NCBI GenBank assembly: GCA_913043225.1
Contig: CAJWLU010000041.1
Location: 1 to 18,355, forward strand
Direction of reading: 5' to 3'
DNA from: an uncultured Acidobacteriota bacterium
GTDB lineage: Bacteria; Acidobacteriota; Vicinamibacteria; Vicinamibacterales; UBA8438
DNA length: 18,355 nucleotides
Shown: positions 17,801-18,355 of the stretch, piece after piece
How the letters are laid out: each line of letters starts with the position of its first letter
How positions within the stretch are numbered: the first letter of the stretch is position 1
Made by a program: the position numbers and the translations under genes
Notes under the pieces: model-generated
What the model was told of the DNA's origin: nothing
What the model saw: the letters and a program-made list of their open reading frames with translations, nothing else
Database searches by the model: none

Positions 17801-18242
17801 ACAGGAGATCTGGGTCATGCTCGATTGCATCGCGAAACTCCTGCGCAGCGTCGTCGAACCGGCCTCCAAAGCGCGCCGCCAATCCAGCCAGTAACGCCAT
17901 GTCCCCGCTGGCAGGGTCCAGCTCTCTGGCGCGTCCGAGCCAGTCAAGTGCTTCGGTCTCTTCTCCCAGCCGGAGATGCGCGACAACCAGATTCGCGAGG
18001 ATGGCCGGCTCGGTCGGGCTAAGTGCCGCCGCGGTTTCGAACTGGGACACCGCGTCGACGAGCAGGCCCACCTCGAGCGAGGCAAGGCCAAGGTGAAACT
18101 GACGGGCCGTCTCGCGGTAGTCCTCATCGACCGACACGCTCCAGGAGCCGGAACGGTCGCTACAACCGGCGCTCAGGAGCAGTGCGCAGGCAATGGCCAC
18201 CCTCAGGGTGGTCGTACGGTGTGAATTCGGAAGGACACCCAT
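14769..18242 (-). CDS. Large lipoprotein: TPR repeats + FG-GAP/VCBS repeats + ASPIC/UnbV-like domain + uncharacterised C-terminal region (CRTAC1-like)
   Basis: Lipobox LSAG-C (Cys codon 18164-18162); TPR-like helices; Ca-binding-type loops DWSNDFRADL, DLEMDGDLDL, DFDMDGDPD, ELDGDGQLDV, DFDNNGASDM, DLDGDGRLDL; ASPIC-like NSFGVGGEIEV...HFGLG...VRIAWPNG. Start placed at ATG 18242; the track's TTG at 18302 lies in the terminator U-tract. Confidence 0.88.
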   Translation of the reverse strand: MGVLPNSHRTTTLRVAIACALLLSAGCSDRSGSWSVSVDEDYRETARQFHLGLASLEVGLLVDAVSQFETAAALSPTEPAILANLVVAHLRLGEETEALDWLGRARELDPASGDMALLAGLAARFGGRFDDAAQEFRDAIEHDPDLLFARYALAQELRQQGDDAAVREAEEQLDAILERSPDNLPVLVEHARLAAERGDSEALARSATRLRDGAGGWPAPAGAQLERLEGAVEEAVFDEAITATALLRNVLLRLGSYQDGLAEVAVDPELVASPFWRFRRLPPPPSGASPTDGTLRFQPESLSLAESSAVALTVAHDARSQVIVSTDDALGLAGVPPFASFPPSTGPSSAAGLLAADWSNDFRADLALAGPGGLRLLVQEEGGEFADQTPLEPAEIAQPAFGVWAADLEMDGDLDLVVASVTGPPIALQNNADGSWTSLSLFQDIEALRAFAWSDFDMDGDPDAALIGQAGQLVLYENQQAGQFRRWESPSLPDLVTLVAGELDGDGQLDVGVIDRDGGLWRVSHRDDAWTATEVAEWTRVGDVEPGEVRLLVADFDNNGASDMLASGPLGTDLWQRDPGGYRHLEIEGRVDVHAVADLDGDGRLDLVGLEDGDAVRLLGEGDADYHWQVVRARALEAAGDQRINSFGVGGEIEVRAGLLTQKQPIKHGLTHFGLGVPEAVDVVRIAWPNGVVQAEFPASVDQTVEAEQRLKGSCPWVFAHDGEAMRFVTDFLWRSPLGLRINAQDTAGVTQTEDWIRIRGDQLKPIDGVYEISITAELWETHFFDHVSLMVVDHPVSTEIFVDERFAANEPPTLALHSTLAPRPLVAAWDDLGEEMTEVVAFRDGRYVSSFGRGAYQGVTRDHYLEVELDVPDEASPPSVLLAYGWVYPTDSSINVALAQGSHDAPRGVALEAQTASGAWTTVHPDLGFPSGKNKTLVIDLTTVPWHGNRQRLRLRTNLEIYWDWIGVTDALELPLRTERLAPSVADLGYRGFSRTHDVGPRGPEVPRYDELANTVPRWRDLVGYHTRFGDVRPLLNDVDDRYVIMNAGDELSLRFPAPPETPDGWRRDFVLIGDGWVKDGDFNTGFSETVLPLPSHDDATYTRAPTTLEADPVFQRHQEDWARFHTRYVTPSRFLGGLVSSGPSHRSNVSPAGRR

Positions 18243-18259
18243 CAACAGTAACGACGGCC

Positions 18260-18289
18260 ACGATACCTCGCTGCCCACCGCTGTTTCAA
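18260..18289 (-). promoter_or_regulatory. Candidate sigma70 promoter for the large lipoprotein gene
   Basis: Minus strand TTGAAA (18289-18284), 18-bp spacer, TATCGT (18265-18260), located between the terminator and ATG 18242. Confidence 0.4.
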
Positions 18290-18299
18290 TCAAGCCGTA

Positions 18300-18336
18300 C
18301 AAAGAAACGCCGGTGGGAGCAAGCTCCCACCGGCGT
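18300..18336 (-). terminator. Rho-independent terminator of an upstream minus-strand gene outside the window
   Basis: Perfect inverted repeat ACGCCGGTGGGAG-CTTG-CTCCCACCGGCGT (18336-18307; 13-bp stem, CUUG tetraloop) followed by TTCTTTG on the minus strand; a possible TGA stop lies just upstream at 18344-18342. Confidence 0.88.
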
Positions 18337-18355
18337 AAAGGTCAGACGCGATGCT

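Noticed and set aside
1..18355. CRISPR arrays, tRNA/rRNA, IS elements, integrases, defence genes
   Set aside because: None seen; the window is almost entirely covered by assignable CDSs, with no regularly spaced repeats or terminal inverted repeats.

Overview
High-GC bacterial DNA, probably Acidobacteriota (inferred from a tandem pair of acidobacterial-type VWA proteins and the overall gene content), holding two divergent gene strings and one convergent giant gene. Minus strand, left: a complex I (nuo) operon in the order nuoA-nuoC-nuoD-nuoH-nuoJ (nuoJ truncated by the window edge and absent from the ORF track), behind a near-consensus sigma70 promoter (TTGACA-N17-TATAAA). Every Fe-S-carrying subunit that normally lies in this span (B, E, F, G, I) is missing, with only 16-22 bp gaps. 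Plus strand: a tightly packed run of two exported VWA proteins, a HemX/CcsA-like membrane protein, hemA, hemC, a cobA-hemD fusion with a strongly degenerate methyltransferase domain, hemB, two nucleotide-sugar SDR enzymes and a GT2 glycosyltransferase. Minus strand, right: a ~1157-aa TPR + FG-GAP + ASPIC/UnbV lipoprotein overlapping the GT2 3' end by 88 bp, preceded by an intrinsic terminator. I see no mobile elements, CRISPR arrays or RNA genes. The region is mostly housekeeping; the best leads are the Fe-S-free nuo operon and the apparently altered SUMT domain. All family assignments come from motif recognition by eye, not from database searches.
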